IMG/VR virus record: IMGVR_UViG_3300042934_000547
Span: 62,001-126,000 of that record
DNA length: 64,000 bases
Strand: one strand, 5' to 3'
Within the stretch, counting starts at the first letter, position 1. The number at the start of each line of letters is the position of its first letter. The notes under the pieces are model-generated. The model did no database searches. It saw only the letters and a list, made by a program, of their open reading frames with translations, and was not told the origin of the DNA. Shown one piece after another: positions 18,372 to 28,999 of the stretch. A program made the translations under genes and the position numbers.

Positions 18372-20369
18372 TTAATCTTCCCAAGCCTGTTTCGTTTTGC
18401 CGTTTATGACTTGTATTTCTTCCTTTAGATACACCTGTGGTTGTTCCATAAAGAATGTATCCATAAAGGAAGATTTACTCTTTCTAAATGTCAGTGGATT
18501 ATATAATTGTGGTTTTAATGTTCCCGCTGACATTGCTACAAATATATTCGGGTTATTATTGAGTGAAGTCGATAAAGTTATTAATTTGTATGGTTCATCT
18601 TTGAATTCCCATTCAGGTTTTAATAATTCATCCTCTATACTTCTAATCTGATTCGCTAATATCATCTCCATGTGGATGTTATCAAGTGATATACCACCTT
18701 TAAATGAAGTTTCCAAGAAGTCAGCTATTATACTTGATAAAGTATGTTTTGTAGTAACCTCATTCAAATCTATGATATGTTTTAAATCATTGAGTGTCTT
18801 AGATAAATCATCATTTTTAATCTTAATCAAAACTAATCCTCTACCAATTAACTCTTCACAATTGATAACAATTGCTCTATTAACTGGATATGCATTAAGT
18901 CTGATTATTGTATTAAGTTCATTAGTAATATACAATCTATCTAACTCTGCTGTCATTATTGCTAACTTTTCTCCATTTGGAAATAGTATAAAGAACCTAT
19001 CTATAGATTCATTATAAGTTGCATTATCGAACTCATTTTCTAATGATATTGATTCAGGTTCTATAACAAATTTACATCCAGTAAAATCAATCTTTGGATT
19101 AAGAAATACTATATTACCATCCATAGCTATTAAATGAGCTGAACTAGCATCCCAAACTATTTCTTGTGCTATTGTGTCAAGTACGTGTTTAGCACCGATA
19201 AGTTTTTGTGTAAGTCCTGATGATAATGCTTTAACCGCAAATGAACCTGCGTTTATGAGTTTATTTGTTATAGCTAACTTACCATAACATCTATGACAAA
19301 CCTTATTATCTTTTGCTGCACTAGAACATGTCATAGGGCTTCTAAGATATATTGTTTGACCAATTAAATGAAGATCTTTTTTGTAATCTATATCAATACA
19401 ATATTCCATTCCCTTTGGATTAAATCGATAATATCGCATCTTGAATGCTGATAATACTTCCTCATTACTTATATGCACTGGAATAAAATTCTCACTATCA
19501 CATACATAATTAGGATCTTCATGTAATATTAAATCTGAATTATTGAGTGCTAATCTTCTAGCAAAGTCCCCAGCATCTCCAACGTTCTTTGATTTGATTA
19601 TATCAGCCAAACGACCACCTGTATAATCAACGAAGTTGTATGCTATTGTCGATAATCCACCATTGATGTATGAATTGTCTACTGTTATCGGTAAAACCCC
19701 ACCTTTACCATCTGGTGATGTTCCTATATTAACTGCATATGGTCTATATTGTTTCGGATTGATTATCTCACCTGTTTTGAATACAGAAGATAATCCATGC
19801 CAAGGATTTTCCTTTATCTTATTGATTAATTTATTTGTAATTTCTTGTCCTCTACGCTTTATTTCTGGTATTGGATATTGAGCAAGTTTTGTATGGAAAT
19901 AATCGTAAACTTCTGGGTCAGATTCCATTAACGCTATATCATCAGTTAATGATATCGTATTAGATAAATAGAACCCAAAGAATCTTATGAATTTAAAGCA
20001 GTCTAATAAGTCAGCACAAATGATATTCATCTGTGTATTATCAATTTGCTCACGGAATCTTATAACCACATGCTTATCTATATAATTCTTCAATTCTTTC
20101 TTTGTTAAATTTTCTGGAAAGAATAGCTCTGTTTTTAGTATCGGGTATCTTAAAGTGATTAACGGATACCACATGATTATATTAATGATATAATCAAACA
20201 ATGTCAAACGTACACTTTCTCCATCAGCAAATTCGACTTCAATGAAAGTATTCTGAGCATAGTCTTTTTCAATATGATCTTTTAAATAATCTAATACGTA
20301 ATTATAATCGTTTTGCCAATTTTCTGGTGTAAAATCTTTCGTTTTAATTACTGTCATCTTATTATTCAT
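18372..20369 (-). CDS. rpoC: Phage multisubunit RNA polymerase beta-prime C-terminal subunit (likely non-virion RNAP), 665 aa
   Basis: Bridge-helix-like GDAGDFARRL, Zn-site LRSPMTC...VCHRCYG, trigger-loop-like GSFAVKALSSGLTQKLIGAKH; no NADFDGD motif, so the catalytic half is encoded elsewhere. Confidence 0.85.
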   Translation of the reverse strand: MNNKMTVIKTKDFTPENWQNDYNYVLDYLKDHIEKDYAQNTFIEVEFADGESVRLTLFDYIINIIMWYPLITLRYPILKTELFFPENLTKKELKNYIDKHVVIRFREQIDNTQMNIICADLLDCFKFIRFFGFYLSNTISLTDDIALMESDPEVYDYFHTKLAQYPIPEIKRRGQEITNKLINKIKENPWHGLSSVFKTGEIINPKQYRPYAVNIGTSPDGKGGVLPITVDNSYINGGLSTIAYNFVDYTGGRLADIIKSKNVGDAGDFARRLALNNSDLILHEDPNYVCDSENFIPVHISNEEVLSAFKMRYYRFNPKGMEYCIDIDYKKDLHLIGQTIYLRSPMTCSSAAKDNKVCHRCYGKLAITNKLINAGSFAVKALSSGLTQKLIGAKHVLDTIAQEIVWDASSAHLIAMDGNIVFLNPKIDFTGCKFVIEPESISLENEFDNATYNESIDRFFILFPNGEKLAIMTAELDRLYITNELNTIIRLNAYPVNRAIVINCEELIGRGLVLIKIKNDDLSKTLNDLKHIIDLNEVTTKHTLSSIIADFLETSFKGGISLDNIHMEMILANQIRSIEDELLKPEWEFKDEPYKLITLSTSLNNNPNIFVAMSAGTLKPQLYNPLTFRKSKSSFMDTFFMEQPQVYLKEEIQVINGKTKQAWED

Positions 20370-20401
20370 TCTTGTCTATCTCCCTTTTTCAGTTTAACTC
20401 C

Positions 20402-20413
20402 TATACTTATGTC
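20402..20413 (-). promoter_or_regulatory. Late-type promoter (GACA-N6-TA) upstream of the RNAP beta-prime gene
   Basis: Minus strand GACATAAGTATA. Confidence 0.45.
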
Positions 20414-20431
20414 GCATATAGGATAAATATT

Positions 20432-20457
20432 TACAATTCTATAATATATACTTAAAA
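20432..20457 (-). promoter_or_regulatory. Early-type phage promoter
   Basis: TTTTAAGTATATATTATA-GAAT-TGTA. Confidence 0.65.
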
Positions 20458-20470
20458 AAGAAAATAGAAT

Positions 20471-20496
20471 TAGGAGTACAAATTAATGTACTCCTA
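20471..20496 (-). terminator. Intrinsic terminator
   Basis: TAGGAGTACA-TTAATT-TGTACTCCTA followed by a T-rich tract. Confidence 0.8.
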
Positions 20497-20511
20497 CCTG
20501 CAAAGTCTTTG

Positions 20512-21009
20512 TTAATCATTAGGTTTTTTATGGTATTTACTTGCAAATCCTCTATTACGATATTTTGTAATAGCATCTGATTTAGCCTGTTGCTTATCAG
20601 TGAATGTAGGAGTTTTTGCAAATTGTTTCTGAGCTTTAATTGCGATTCTCTGTGCTTGGTTAAGTAATGATGTATTTTTTCTAATCTTAGCTTCAAGGGC
20701 TCTTTCCTTTTCTCTAAGAAGGTCAAGTTTCATAACATCTCTATTGCCTAATTTTCTTCCAAGTATCAATGCCGCATTTCCAGTTCTTCTAGTTAAATCA
20801 TCCTGTTTATTGAATTTAACCAAAGTCTTTCTTCTGAATTTAGCAGCCTCTTCTAAAGCTTGTATGTCAGCCTGTTCTAGCATAAAATCCAATTCCTCTT
20901 GGCTCTCAGCTAAAAACATTGCCTCTTCAGCAAACATCTCCGCCATCACGTCTTCATCATCTTCATTCAATATATCTTCAGATAATTGTTCTTTACTGAA
21001 ATTAATCAT
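20512..21009 (-). CDS. Hypothetical late protein with acidic N-terminus and basic C-terminus; candidate internal head protein, 165 aa
   Basis: Late-type promoter at 21045-21056; repeated (L/F)xE-(A/S/D) sites in the N-terminal 50 aa. Confidence 0.55.
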   Translation of the reverse strand: MINFSKEQLSEDILNEDDEDVMAEMFAEEAMFLAESQEELDFMLEQADIQALEEAAKFRRKTLVKFNKQDDLTRRTGNAALILGRKLGNRDVMKLDLLREKERALEAKIRKNTSLLNQAQRIAIKAQKQFAKTPTFTDKQQAKSDAITKYRNRGFASKYHKKPND

Positions 21010-21044
21010 AGTATTAAGTCCTCCTTAATTTTTAATATAAGTAT

Positions 21045-21056
21045 TATTAATATGTA
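21045..21056 (-). promoter_or_regulatory. Late-type promoter
   Basis: Minus strand TACATATTAATA. Confidence 0.45.
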
Positions 21057-21137
21057 CGATTTATAATTAAAATATCGACTCCAAACATCATTTTAGCTAT
21101 ATATTATATCAGTGAGAATAATAAAGGAGATATTAAT

Positions 21138-23282
21138 ATGAATAAAAACCTAGAAAAAAATGTAAAATTATTAGCGGCAAAGTATAAAGAGTTTGTTGCA
21201 CCAATGCTACAATATTCATTTCCAAATATTGATATGAAAGAAATCTATGATGCTGTGGATTATTCAATCGTAAAGAGAGTAAAGAATGCTCCAGCAAAAT
21301 TAGTTAATAATTATAAGAATAAAACCATCAATACTACACTTTTAGATGTAGCTGATTATATACTTAGTAAAGAACCAATTATCACAGGATACGGAGTTAT
21401 GTTTAATAAGCATGATTCAGGTATTCCAAACCCAATCATGGATATGGTTACCGTATTCTTAAATAACAGAGATGTTGATAAAAAGAAGATGTTTCAATAT
21501 CCAAAAGGTAGTGAGTTATATAATAAATACAATCTTCTTCAATTACTTGATAAACTTGATGCTAACGGTATTTATGGTGTACTTGGTGCTCCATCAAGTA
21601 TATATTTCAATGTGTTTATCGCTGGTAGTATTACTATGGAAGGTCGTAATATTATATCAACATCACTCATTTTCTTTGAGTCATTCCTAGCAAATAATAT
21701 TTATTTCAAGAATCTAAATGAATTAATCGGTTATATTAGAAATATCGTATGCGAAAAAGGTGATAGACAATTTAATGACATGATATATATCAATCATACA
21801 CCATCAGTAGCAGACGTATTTGATCATATAATTCAGAAATCTGGATTTGGATATATACCTAATACCGAAGACTTAGATATCATATGGGATATATTATGTG
21901 AATTAGAACAGGAAGATTTAACAAGATTGTTCTATAAAAATAATTTATTCGCTTTTATGAGTAATGATATGCCTATGGGTATGGTATCAGATATGTTACA
22001 TTCTCTTGACATACCATTCTTAACCCCTAATACAGTTCCTTCATGTATAGAAGAAAAACTCCATACATTTAAAAATGTATTAGGTGAGTACGTTGTGTAT
22101 AATCATCCTTATATTGATAAACTTGAACTAAATAGACATGGTCCTAAGATAGCGACGATTGTATCTGATACAGATAGTTGTATAGTAAACTTAGACCCTT
22201 GGTATCAATTCATCTTAGAGAAAACTAAAGATGTTCCTATAATGGTTAGAGGAATGGCTGTATCACCAATACTTAGGATTAAGAAAAATGATTTTGGTGA
22301 ATATGTATATCCAGACCCTATCCATCGTCCAGAGGAAATATTCAAATATGATGATGAGAGAGATGTAATATACACTGAAAAGATGTATAGCAAACTTATA
22401 GCTCCATTATCACAAGACCCACTTAGATATAGTATAATTAATATAATTGCATATTGTTTGGAGCATTATGTAAATGATGTATTAATGGAAATGACAAAAC
22501 ATTCTAATTCATTTAGTGAAGACAGAAAGTGTTTAATTAAAATGAAGAATGAATTTCTATTCAAACGTTTAATAGCAGCGTTAGTAGCTAAATCATATGC
22601 TTCTAAACTAGAACTTCAAGAAGGTAAAAGAGTTCCAGTAGAAGAATCATTAGAAATTAAAGGTTTACGTTTAAAGAAATCTACTTTAGCTGCTGAACCA
22701 AAAAGGGTGATGCAAAAACTATTGGTAGAGGAAATACTTTCATCACCGGAAATCAAACCAATAAATATCATCAACCAATTGATGATACTAGAAAAACAAA
22801 TAATAGCATCTATCAAAGCAGGTGAGAATAAATATCTAACTCCATCAGTTATAAAGAATATTAGTAATTATCCAGACCCGATGTCACTCGGACAGGTTAA
22901 GGCTGCTTATGTATGGAATTGTTTATCAGATTCAAATAAGTTTGATTTTGAAACTAGAAATTCTATGTATTTAGTAAAAACAATTCTAAATGCTAAATCT
23001 ATAGAAAAAATCAAAGATAAATATCCAGAAGAATATATGAGACTAAAAGAAATATTTGCAGGGAATGTAGATTTTGGTAATAGTAAAGGATATAAAGTAA
23101 AAGAAATCAATTCAATTGCCGTACCAAAAGATGTTAGTGTACCAGATTGGATATTTGAATTCGTGGACTTCGAGGAAATCGTAAGTAGTAATATTAAAGC
23201 ATTCACACCATTACTTGATGCTATTGGTATACAATCATTTGAACGTAAGGATGTGTATTACTCAAATATTATAAGTATATAA
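21138..23282 (+). CDS. polB: Split family-B DNA polymerase, C-terminal subunit (motifs B and C), 714 aa
   Basis: Motif B KLDANGIYG, motif C SDTDSC, later K.Y...EIKGL; motif A and the exonuclease are in 35559..37523. Confidence 0.85.
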   Translation: MNKNLEKNVKLLAAKYKEFVAPMLQYSFPNIDMKEIYDAVDYSIVKRVKNAPAKLVNNYKNKTINTTLLDVADYILSKEPIITGYGVMFNKHDSGIPNPIMDMVTVFLNNRDVDKKKMFQYPKGSELYNKYNLLQLLDKLDANGIYGVLGAPSSIYFNVFIAGSITMEGRNIISTSLIFFESFLANNIYFKNLNELIGYIRNIVCEKGDRQFNDMIYINHTPSVADVFDHIIQKSGFGYIPNTEDLDIIWDILCELEQEDLTRLFYKNNLFAFMSNDMPMGMVSDMLHSLDIPFLTPNTVPSCIEEKLHTFKNVLGEYVVYNHPYIDKLELNRHGPKIATIVSDTDSCIVNLDPWYQFILEKTKDVPIMVRGMAVSPILRIKKNDFGEYVYPDPIHRPEEIFKYDDERDVIYTEKMYSKLIAPLSQDPLRYSIINIIAYCLEHYVNDVLMEMTKHSNSFSEDRKCLIKMKNEFLFKRLIAALVAKSYASKLELQEGKRVPVEESLEIKGLRLKKSTLAAEPKRVMQKLLVEEILSSPEIKPINIINQLMILEKQIIASIKAGENKYLTPSVIKNISNYPDPMSLGQVKAAYVWNCLSDSNKFDFETRNSMYLVKTILNAKSIEKIKDKYPEEYMRLKEIFAGNVDFGNSKGYKVKEINSIAVPKDVSVPDWIFEFVDFEEIVSSNIKAFTPLLDAIGIQSFERKDVYYSNIISI

Positions 23283-23300
23283 ATGAAAGGATGATTTATA

Positions 23301-24395
23301 ATGAAATTAAAATTAGTGGAATATATTAAAAATAATCAAAATTGGGAAAGGGATCTTCAATTAGATCCTTTTTATTTAACTATTACTAAAATGAAAAAAT
23401 TTACTTTATTTTATTATAATCAAATTAAATCAGAGTTTAATAATGATATAGTAAGAGAATGTAGAGGTTTAATATTAGATAACGAATTTAATCCTGTATG
23501 TGTACCTTTCTTTAAATTTGGTAATTATGGAGAGTCTTATAATGAACCTTTAGATTGGACTTCTACAAAAATTCAAGAAAAGATTGATGGTAGTATAATT
23601 AAAGTATGGAATTATAATAATACATGGAATATCTCGACTTCAAAAACAATATGTGCGGCAAATGCTATATTATTAAAAAATAATGATAACAAATTTCCGT
23701 ATAAATCATTTGAAGATTTATTTATGAAAGCCATAGAAATATATAATTTAAACTTTGATACACTAAATACAAATTATACATATATATTTGAATTATGCTC
23801 ACCATATAATAGAGTTGTTGTTCCTCATAATGAAATAAAATTGTTTCATATAGGAACAAGAGACAATAAATCTTTACAAGAACTGAATATTGATATAGGA
23901 ATTCCTAAACCAAAAGAATTTGAATTTAAAAATATTGATGAGATTATTAATAGTACCAATTCTTTAGATTTTAATCATGAAGGTTATGTTGTAGTAGATA
24001 AATATTTTCATAGAGCTAAAATTAAATCAAAACTTTATGTATCTATACATCATTTGATAACTAATAAAGATGATCCAAATTTAGAAAGACTAATAAATGT
24101 AGTTAGACAGGGAGAATTGAGTGAGGTTAGTATCTATTTTCCAGAACTAAATAAACAGTTAGTTTCACTTCAAGAACGAATTAATTATATTAAAGTATCA
24201 ATGAATACATCAATACATGATGCTAAACAGACTGTATTTTTAAATCGAAAAGATTTTGCAGAATATGCAAATAAGACAGTGTATCCGCCATTGATGTTTG
24301 CATGGTATGATAACAAAATACAAACTGCTAATGAATTTATTGATAATTTATCAGCATATAAATTAGCAAAACTATTAGAAGTATGCAATCATTAA
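23301..24395 (+). CDS. rnlA: RNA ligase, T4 Rnl1-like, 364 aa
   Basis: ECRGLIL, PFFKFGN, adenylation motif EKIDGS, FELCSPYNRVV, EGYVV. Confidence 0.85.
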   Translation: MKLKLVEYIKNNQNWERDLQLDPFYLTITKMKKFTLFYYNQIKSEFNNDIVRECRGLILDNEFNPVCVPFFKFGNYGESYNEPLDWTSTKIQEKIDGSIIKVWNYNNTWNISTSKTICAANAILLKNNDNKFPYKSFEDLFMKAIEIYNLNFDTLNTNYTYIFELCSPYNRVVVPHNEIKLFHIGTRDNKSLQELNIDIGIPKPKEFEFKNIDEIINSTNSLDFNHEGYVVVDKYFHRAKIKSKLYVSIHHLITNKDDPNLERLINVVRQGELSEVSIYFPELNKQLVSLQERINYIKVSMNTSIHDAKQTVFLNRKDFAEYANKTVYPPLMFAWYDNKIQTANEFIDNLSAYKLAKLLEVCNH

Positions 24396-24439
24396 GCTAG
24401 ATTTCTATAAACCACAAATTAAATGACATACTAGGAGGA

Positions 24440-24625
24440 ATGCAAATGAGTATAATTATTAACGGAATAGATACACAAAAAGCGTATTATGAACAGATAA
24501 CATGTCAGCGAGATGATATCTGCTTAAATTATCCAACGGAGTGCATTTCATGTAAATTTTCAAATAAAAATGCAACATCGACTCTCGATTTATTTAACCC
24601 AAAGAAAATCCCAAAAATTAAATAA
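24440..24625 (+). CDS. Small Cys-rich protein, 61 aa
   Basis: RBS AGGAGG; four Cys including a CxxC. Confidence 0.55.
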   Translation: MQMSIIINGIDTQKAYYEQITCQRDDICLNYPTECISCKFSNKNATSTLDLFNPKKIPKIK

Positions 24626-24653
24626 TAACTAGATTGATGAATAATATGAACGG

Positions 24654-24686
24654 AAAGAGTAGCTTAATTGCTACTCTTTTATTTTT
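24654..24686 (+). terminator. Intrinsic terminator
   Basis: AAAGAGTAGC-TTAATT-GCTACTCTTT then TATTTTTT. Confidence 0.8.
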
Positions 24687-24707
24687 TGTCTCATTCCTCT
24701 TATTTTC

Positions 24708-24719
24708 AACATACTGGTA
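24708..24719 (+). promoter_or_regulatory. Late-type promoter for the terminase/structural operon
   Basis: AACATACTGGTA (AACA-N6-TA), 29 nt before the terminase ATG. Confidence 0.65.
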
Positions 24720-24747
24720 ATAATACCTAAAAAGGAGGTATAATAAT

Positions 24748-26946
24748 ATGCTCATTCCTGCTAATGGATTTGGGGATCAAATACCAATTTCCACCCAAGG
24801 TCCAGTGCCTATTAAAAACAGTGGTCCCACTATCTATTATCAATTAAATACAAAGAATCAATCGTTTCTTGATATGCATTATTATCTGAGAGATATCGGT
24901 GTACAGAATAACCTGTTTATGCTCGCATTGTTAGACCCAGATTTGAAGGATGTAGATCCTCATGATAAAAATCTAAGTCCAATAATGAAAACAAAAGTAT
25001 TTAATGAAGTTCAACGAAATTTCTGGTATTTTGCTAGAGAAGTAGTTAGAATCCCTATGGAGGGTGCTACTACTGCTGATATGCCTAGATATGAACTTCA
25101 TAGAGGTAACTTAGCACTCAACTATTGTTTTTTACTAAATTTGAATATATTCCTAGAATTACCTCGTCAGAACTTTAAGACCATGTCTGCCGAAGTTTGG
25201 TATTTATGGGTATTTAACTTTGCCACTTCTAAATCTAAAATGGGATTCTTCCATAAAGACCATAGCGGTTCAAAGCAGAACTTAAAAGAGTTAAAAGAAT
25301 TAAGAGAAGCATTACCAGATTATCTTAAAATGGATAAGATTTTTTCAACAGACCAGAAAGGACCATTAAAGAAGAAATCTACAGTAGAAACATTAGAGCA
25401 CTTAGTTAATGGAAACGGTATCGTAACATTTGCATCTGCTAGAACTAAAGCAGCAGCTATGACAGCAGCCAGAGGTATGCACGTTCCTATGTTATGGTAT
25501 GATGAGTTTGCGTTTATTTCACATATAAAAATTATTTATGATACAGCCGTTCCTGCTATATCAAAAGCTTCTGAGAATGCTAGACGATTTGGTAAACCAT
25601 ACGGTACACTGGTTACTACAACACCGGGTTTGTTAACAACTGACGAAGGAATCTTCGCATATGCTGCTAAAGAAAATGCTACTAAATTTAATGAACGTAT
25701 GTATGATATGCCTCTTAATGAATTATATACATTCTTAAGAAAGAATAACCGTTCATCATTCATGTATATTAAATTTAACTATAAAGAACTCGGTAGAGGC
25801 GAAGCTTATATTTCACATATGGCTAGAGAATATGGTGGTAGCTGGACAGCATTCAGACGAGAAATTCTCCTTGAGTGGACTGAAGTATCTGATAAATCTC
25901 CATTTGAACCTGCTGAACTTGACTTAGTTAAGAGATTGGTAAAACAGCCTATATATAAGATACCTTTAATGAAAGGACAATTTGAATTAGAAGTATTCGA
26001 AAAATTAGATAATAGTGCAAAATATCCTCCAATAATGGGTGTCGACGTTTCCGGAGGTATCAAACGTGACTCATCTACTATAACTATCATAAATTCTGAA
26101 ACCACTAGGGTTGCTGCGGTATTTAATAGTAACTTTATTTCTCAGGGTGATTTAGCTAGAGTTATATACGAAATAGTCAAGGTCTGGTTACCTAATGCAT
26201 TAATCGTAGTAGAAGAGAATGGTGGATTCGGTCGAGCTGTAATAGCCGAATTAATGAAGACTGAGCTACGTAAAAATCTTTACAAGGAGCTTAGGGAAAG
26301 AGTTACTGAAGAAAGATTTAGTGGTATGGGTAAGTCTACCAAAACAAAATCATTCCAATATGTGTATGGTATTACAAGTAATAAACAGTTAAGAGAAGAA
26401 ATGATGGAACTTCTTAGAGAAAGAATGGAATTACATAAAGACAAATTCGTTTCTCAGATTATATATGATGAATTAGCTGGACTTGAAGTATCTGCTAGAG
26501 GGAAAGTTGACCATAGTAGTAACACACATGATGACCAGATAATTAGTATGCTTCTTGCATTATATGTGTGGTATTATGGACAAGATTTACGTAGTCGATA
26601 TGGTATCAATAAGAAAACATTGCAGACAGACCAAAATGTAGAAATAATTAATGAAGATATCGGTTCACCTCAAGCTAATATAACTGAAGAACTTAATACA
26701 GAACCAGATGAAAAGATAAGCAATCTTCAACAAGTTTTGAATACAATGTATGATAAACGTTTGACTGAAGAACAATTCTTCCAAAAAATGCGTAATGATG
26801 ACCATAAAGCATGGGTTGATTATATTAATTCTCCTTATGGTAAATTTGATGCAACTTATGGAACGAATGGTGTTATATTAGTCAATTCAGAAGATTTGCA
26901 AAACGGTCGTATTCCTCAATCGGTATTTACCGATTTTTATAACTAA
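24748..26946 (+). CDS. terL: Terminase large subunit, 732 aa
   Basis: FWYFAREV, Walker A LPRQNFKT, Walker B LWYDEFAF, coupling motif TTTPG, nuclease GVDVSGG..RDSS and HDDQIIS. Confidence 0.9.
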   Translation: MLIPANGFGDQIPISTQGPVPIKNSGPTIYYQLNTKNQSFLDMHYYLRDIGVQNNLFMLALLDPDLKDVDPHDKNLSPIMKTKVFNEVQRNFWYFAREVVRIPMEGATTADMPRYELHRGNLALNYCFLLNLNIFLELPRQNFKTMSAEVWYLWVFNFATSKSKMGFFHKDHSGSKQNLKELKELREALPDYLKMDKIFSTDQKGPLKKKSTVETLEHLVNGNGIVTFASARTKAAAMTAARGMHVPMLWYDEFAFISHIKIIYDTAVPAISKASENARRFGKPYGTLVTTTPGLLTTDEGIFAYAAKENATKFNERMYDMPLNELYTFLRKNNRSSFMYIKFNYKELGRGEAYISHMAREYGGSWTAFRREILLEWTEVSDKSPFEPAELDLVKRLVKQPIYKIPLMKGQFELEVFEKLDNSAKYPPIMGVDVSGGIKRDSSTITIINSETTRVAAVFNSNFISQGDLARVIYEIVKVWLPNALIVVEENGGFGRAVIAELMKTELRKNLYKELRERVTEERFSGMGKSTKTKSFQYVYGITSNKQLREEMMELLRERMELHKDKFVSQIIYDELAGLEVSARGKVDHSSNTHDDQIISMLLALYVWYYGQDLRSRYGINKKTLQTDQNVEIINEDIGSPQANITEELNTEPDEKISNLQQVLNTMYDKRLTEEQFFQKMRNDDHKAWVDYINSPYGKFDATYGTNGVILVNSEDLQNGRIPQSVFTDFYN

Positions 26947-26999
26947 TTACAATGGTATTTACTATATATTAAAAATTGCGTTAGTTAAAGGAGAATAAT

Positions 27000-27791
27000 A
27001 TGATCCCAAGTAATCATTTAAATAACAATGATTTCGAAGCTGCTAATAAATATCTAGCAACAAATGTGATGCAACATTTTTCGCCTGAGTTTATAACTTC
27101 TATCATTGACGAAAAGTTTGCAACTAGAGATAAACTTGATTATGGTTTTAGTAATAATGCCATTGAACTTTTGGAGGCGAATTATATTTCTGTATTACAG
27201 CAAACAAATAGTGCTGAATTAGCAGAAAACAGGATTCAAACTTATAAGAATATCATCAATAAGATCGCTGATTATAATAAGATTAATATCAATCAGATTT
27301 TATTAAATGATCCGGATACAGATTTGTATGCTATAGCCAAGTTACTATACGAACTATTAGTGCTTGGCTATAGAGATTATCTATTAATATTCATGACTAA
27401 TTTCATCATGAATGAAATAAATAATCTATATAACATAGCTGAATTGTCAGAGTGTAAAAAGAATAAGGATGTAACAACTGTTAGTCTTAAAAAACAATAT
27501 AGCGGTAAGAAACTTCCATATATTGTCGCTAATCTTGATAAGATTATCCAGTGTATACCATATAATTACACACTGACATTATCATCAATAATCAGCTATA
27601 TCATGCCAGAACGTGGTGACGTTTTAAATACACTCAATGAGTTAATCGATAATGATAATAATTTCTTTGTTAATAATTACGTTAACTCAATGCTTTATGG
27701 GAACTTTAAGGTTGATATTCTGGTAGGTTTGAAACTAGAGTTAAATAACAAAATCAATTTAATTGAGAATAATACAATAAAGGAGAACTAA
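27000..27791 (+). CDS. Putative virion structural protein, 263 aa
   Basis: First of three genes between terL and sheath, the arrangement seen in phiKZ-like phages. Confidence 0.55.
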   Translation: MIPSNHLNNNDFEAANKYLATNVMQHFSPEFITSIIDEKFATRDKLDYGFSNNAIELLEANYISVLQQTNSAELAENRIQTYKNIINKIADYNKININQILLNDPDTDLYAIAKLLYELLVLGYRDYLLIFMTNFIMNEINNLYNIAELSECKKNKDVTTVSLKKQYSGKKLPYIVANLDKIIQCIPYNYTLTLSSIISYIMPERGDVLNTLNELIDNDNNFFVNNYVNSMLYGNFKVDILVGLKLELNNKINLIENNTIKEN

Positions 27792-27796
27792 TAACA

Positions 27797-28969
27797 ATGG
27801 AAGAAAAAGAAAAGGTATCTAAAAAGTCAGTGACAACTATGAAAGACATAGAGGATGCTGTAACTGATACAGTTAAAAGTTATGATGGGGATATGAAAAT
27901 AATTCACTTTGATGGTGATGACAAAGTAGCAGTATTAATCCCAAGCGATAACACAAGTGACACTGTTTCATTACCATACATTCCAAATCCAGCTGACAAA
28001 AAAGCAACAATATTACCATTTATACCACAGCCAGAAAGTGAATTGGAGGAATTGTCCATTCAAGCAAGTGACGAACCTGAATTAACTGAAGAGAATAGTC
28101 ACTTTACGAAACTTCAGGAGAAATTCGGTCTTAATGATAATGAATTATTACAATTGATGGAATTTACCATCGACTTAAAAGATCATGATATAACTGATAA
28201 ATATTACCAGAGATTACCTCAGGGATTAAAATCAAAGATTGATATCATTTGTATGAAGGCTAGTCACGATGTTGGTGCTAAAGTTTCCAATAAGAACATG
28301 ATGGAAATCAAAAATAAGATAGCTAAAGAGTTAATCGATGATTTAAAGGAAATGATGTTCCATGATAAAGCTTTTGATGAATATGAAGCTGAATACAAAG
28401 AACTTATGCAGGAAATAGAAAATGAACCAGACGTATTTGAAAAATACATGCAGGCATCTTCTAATAAATTCAAGGATACTATTCTTAAAACTGCTGAAAA
28501 ATATAAGGAATCTGACCCAGCTAAATATGAAAGAATCATGAAATTATCAGATATATATCAAGAGGGATTCAATCTTAAATATCTGGTTGAAGCTTATGAA
28601 TCTTCTAATAAAATAAGAAGACAATCGCAGCGTAATATAAACAATATGAAGAAAATGACGGATACATTTAACTTCCTATTTAAACGTGAAGGTGCTATTG
28701 GTCCGGGTAAAAACATTGTTAGGATATACAAAGCGATGTCAAGTAATAATACATTACCATTTACTCAATATCAGAAGGATAGATTCTTCTCAGTTTTATA
28801 TGAAACAGTTAAAGGATATGATATGACAAACTTCACTGAATATTCTAAATTATTCTTCACGCTTGAGAATATCGAGGCTGTTTCTATATCTAATATGAGT
28901 AAAACTAGCAACGTAAATCTAGCGAGATTCATGGATAACATGAGGATAGTTATAGATTATATTATGTAG
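27797..28969 (+). CDS. Putative virion structural protein, 390 aa
   Basis: In the terL-sheath block; acidic low-complexity N-terminus. Confidence 0.55.
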   Translation: MEEKEKVSKKSVTTMKDIEDAVTDTVKSYDGDMKIIHFDGDDKVAVLIPSDNTSDTVSLPYIPNPADKKATILPFIPQPESELEELSIQASDEPELTEENSHFTKLQEKFGLNDNELLQLMEFTIDLKDHDITDKYYQRLPQGLKSKIDIICMKASHDVGAKVSNKNMMEIKNKIAKELIDDLKEMMFHDKAFDEYEAEYKELMQEIENEPDVFEKYMQASSNKFKDTILKTAEKYKESDPAKYERIMKLSDIYQEGFNLKYLVEAYESSNKIRRQSQRNINNMKKMTDTFNFLFKREGAIGPGKNIVRIYKAMSSNNTLPFTQYQKDRFFSVLYETVKGYDMTNFTEYSKLFFTLENIEAVSISNMSKTSNVNLARFMDNMRIVIDYIM

Positions 28970-28977
28970 AATTATTT

Positions 28978-28999
28978 CGGGTAGATTTATTTCTACCCG
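28978..28999 (+). terminator. Intrinsic terminator
   Basis: CGGGTAGA-TTTATT-TCTACCCG followed by GGTTATTTTTT. Confidence 0.7.
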
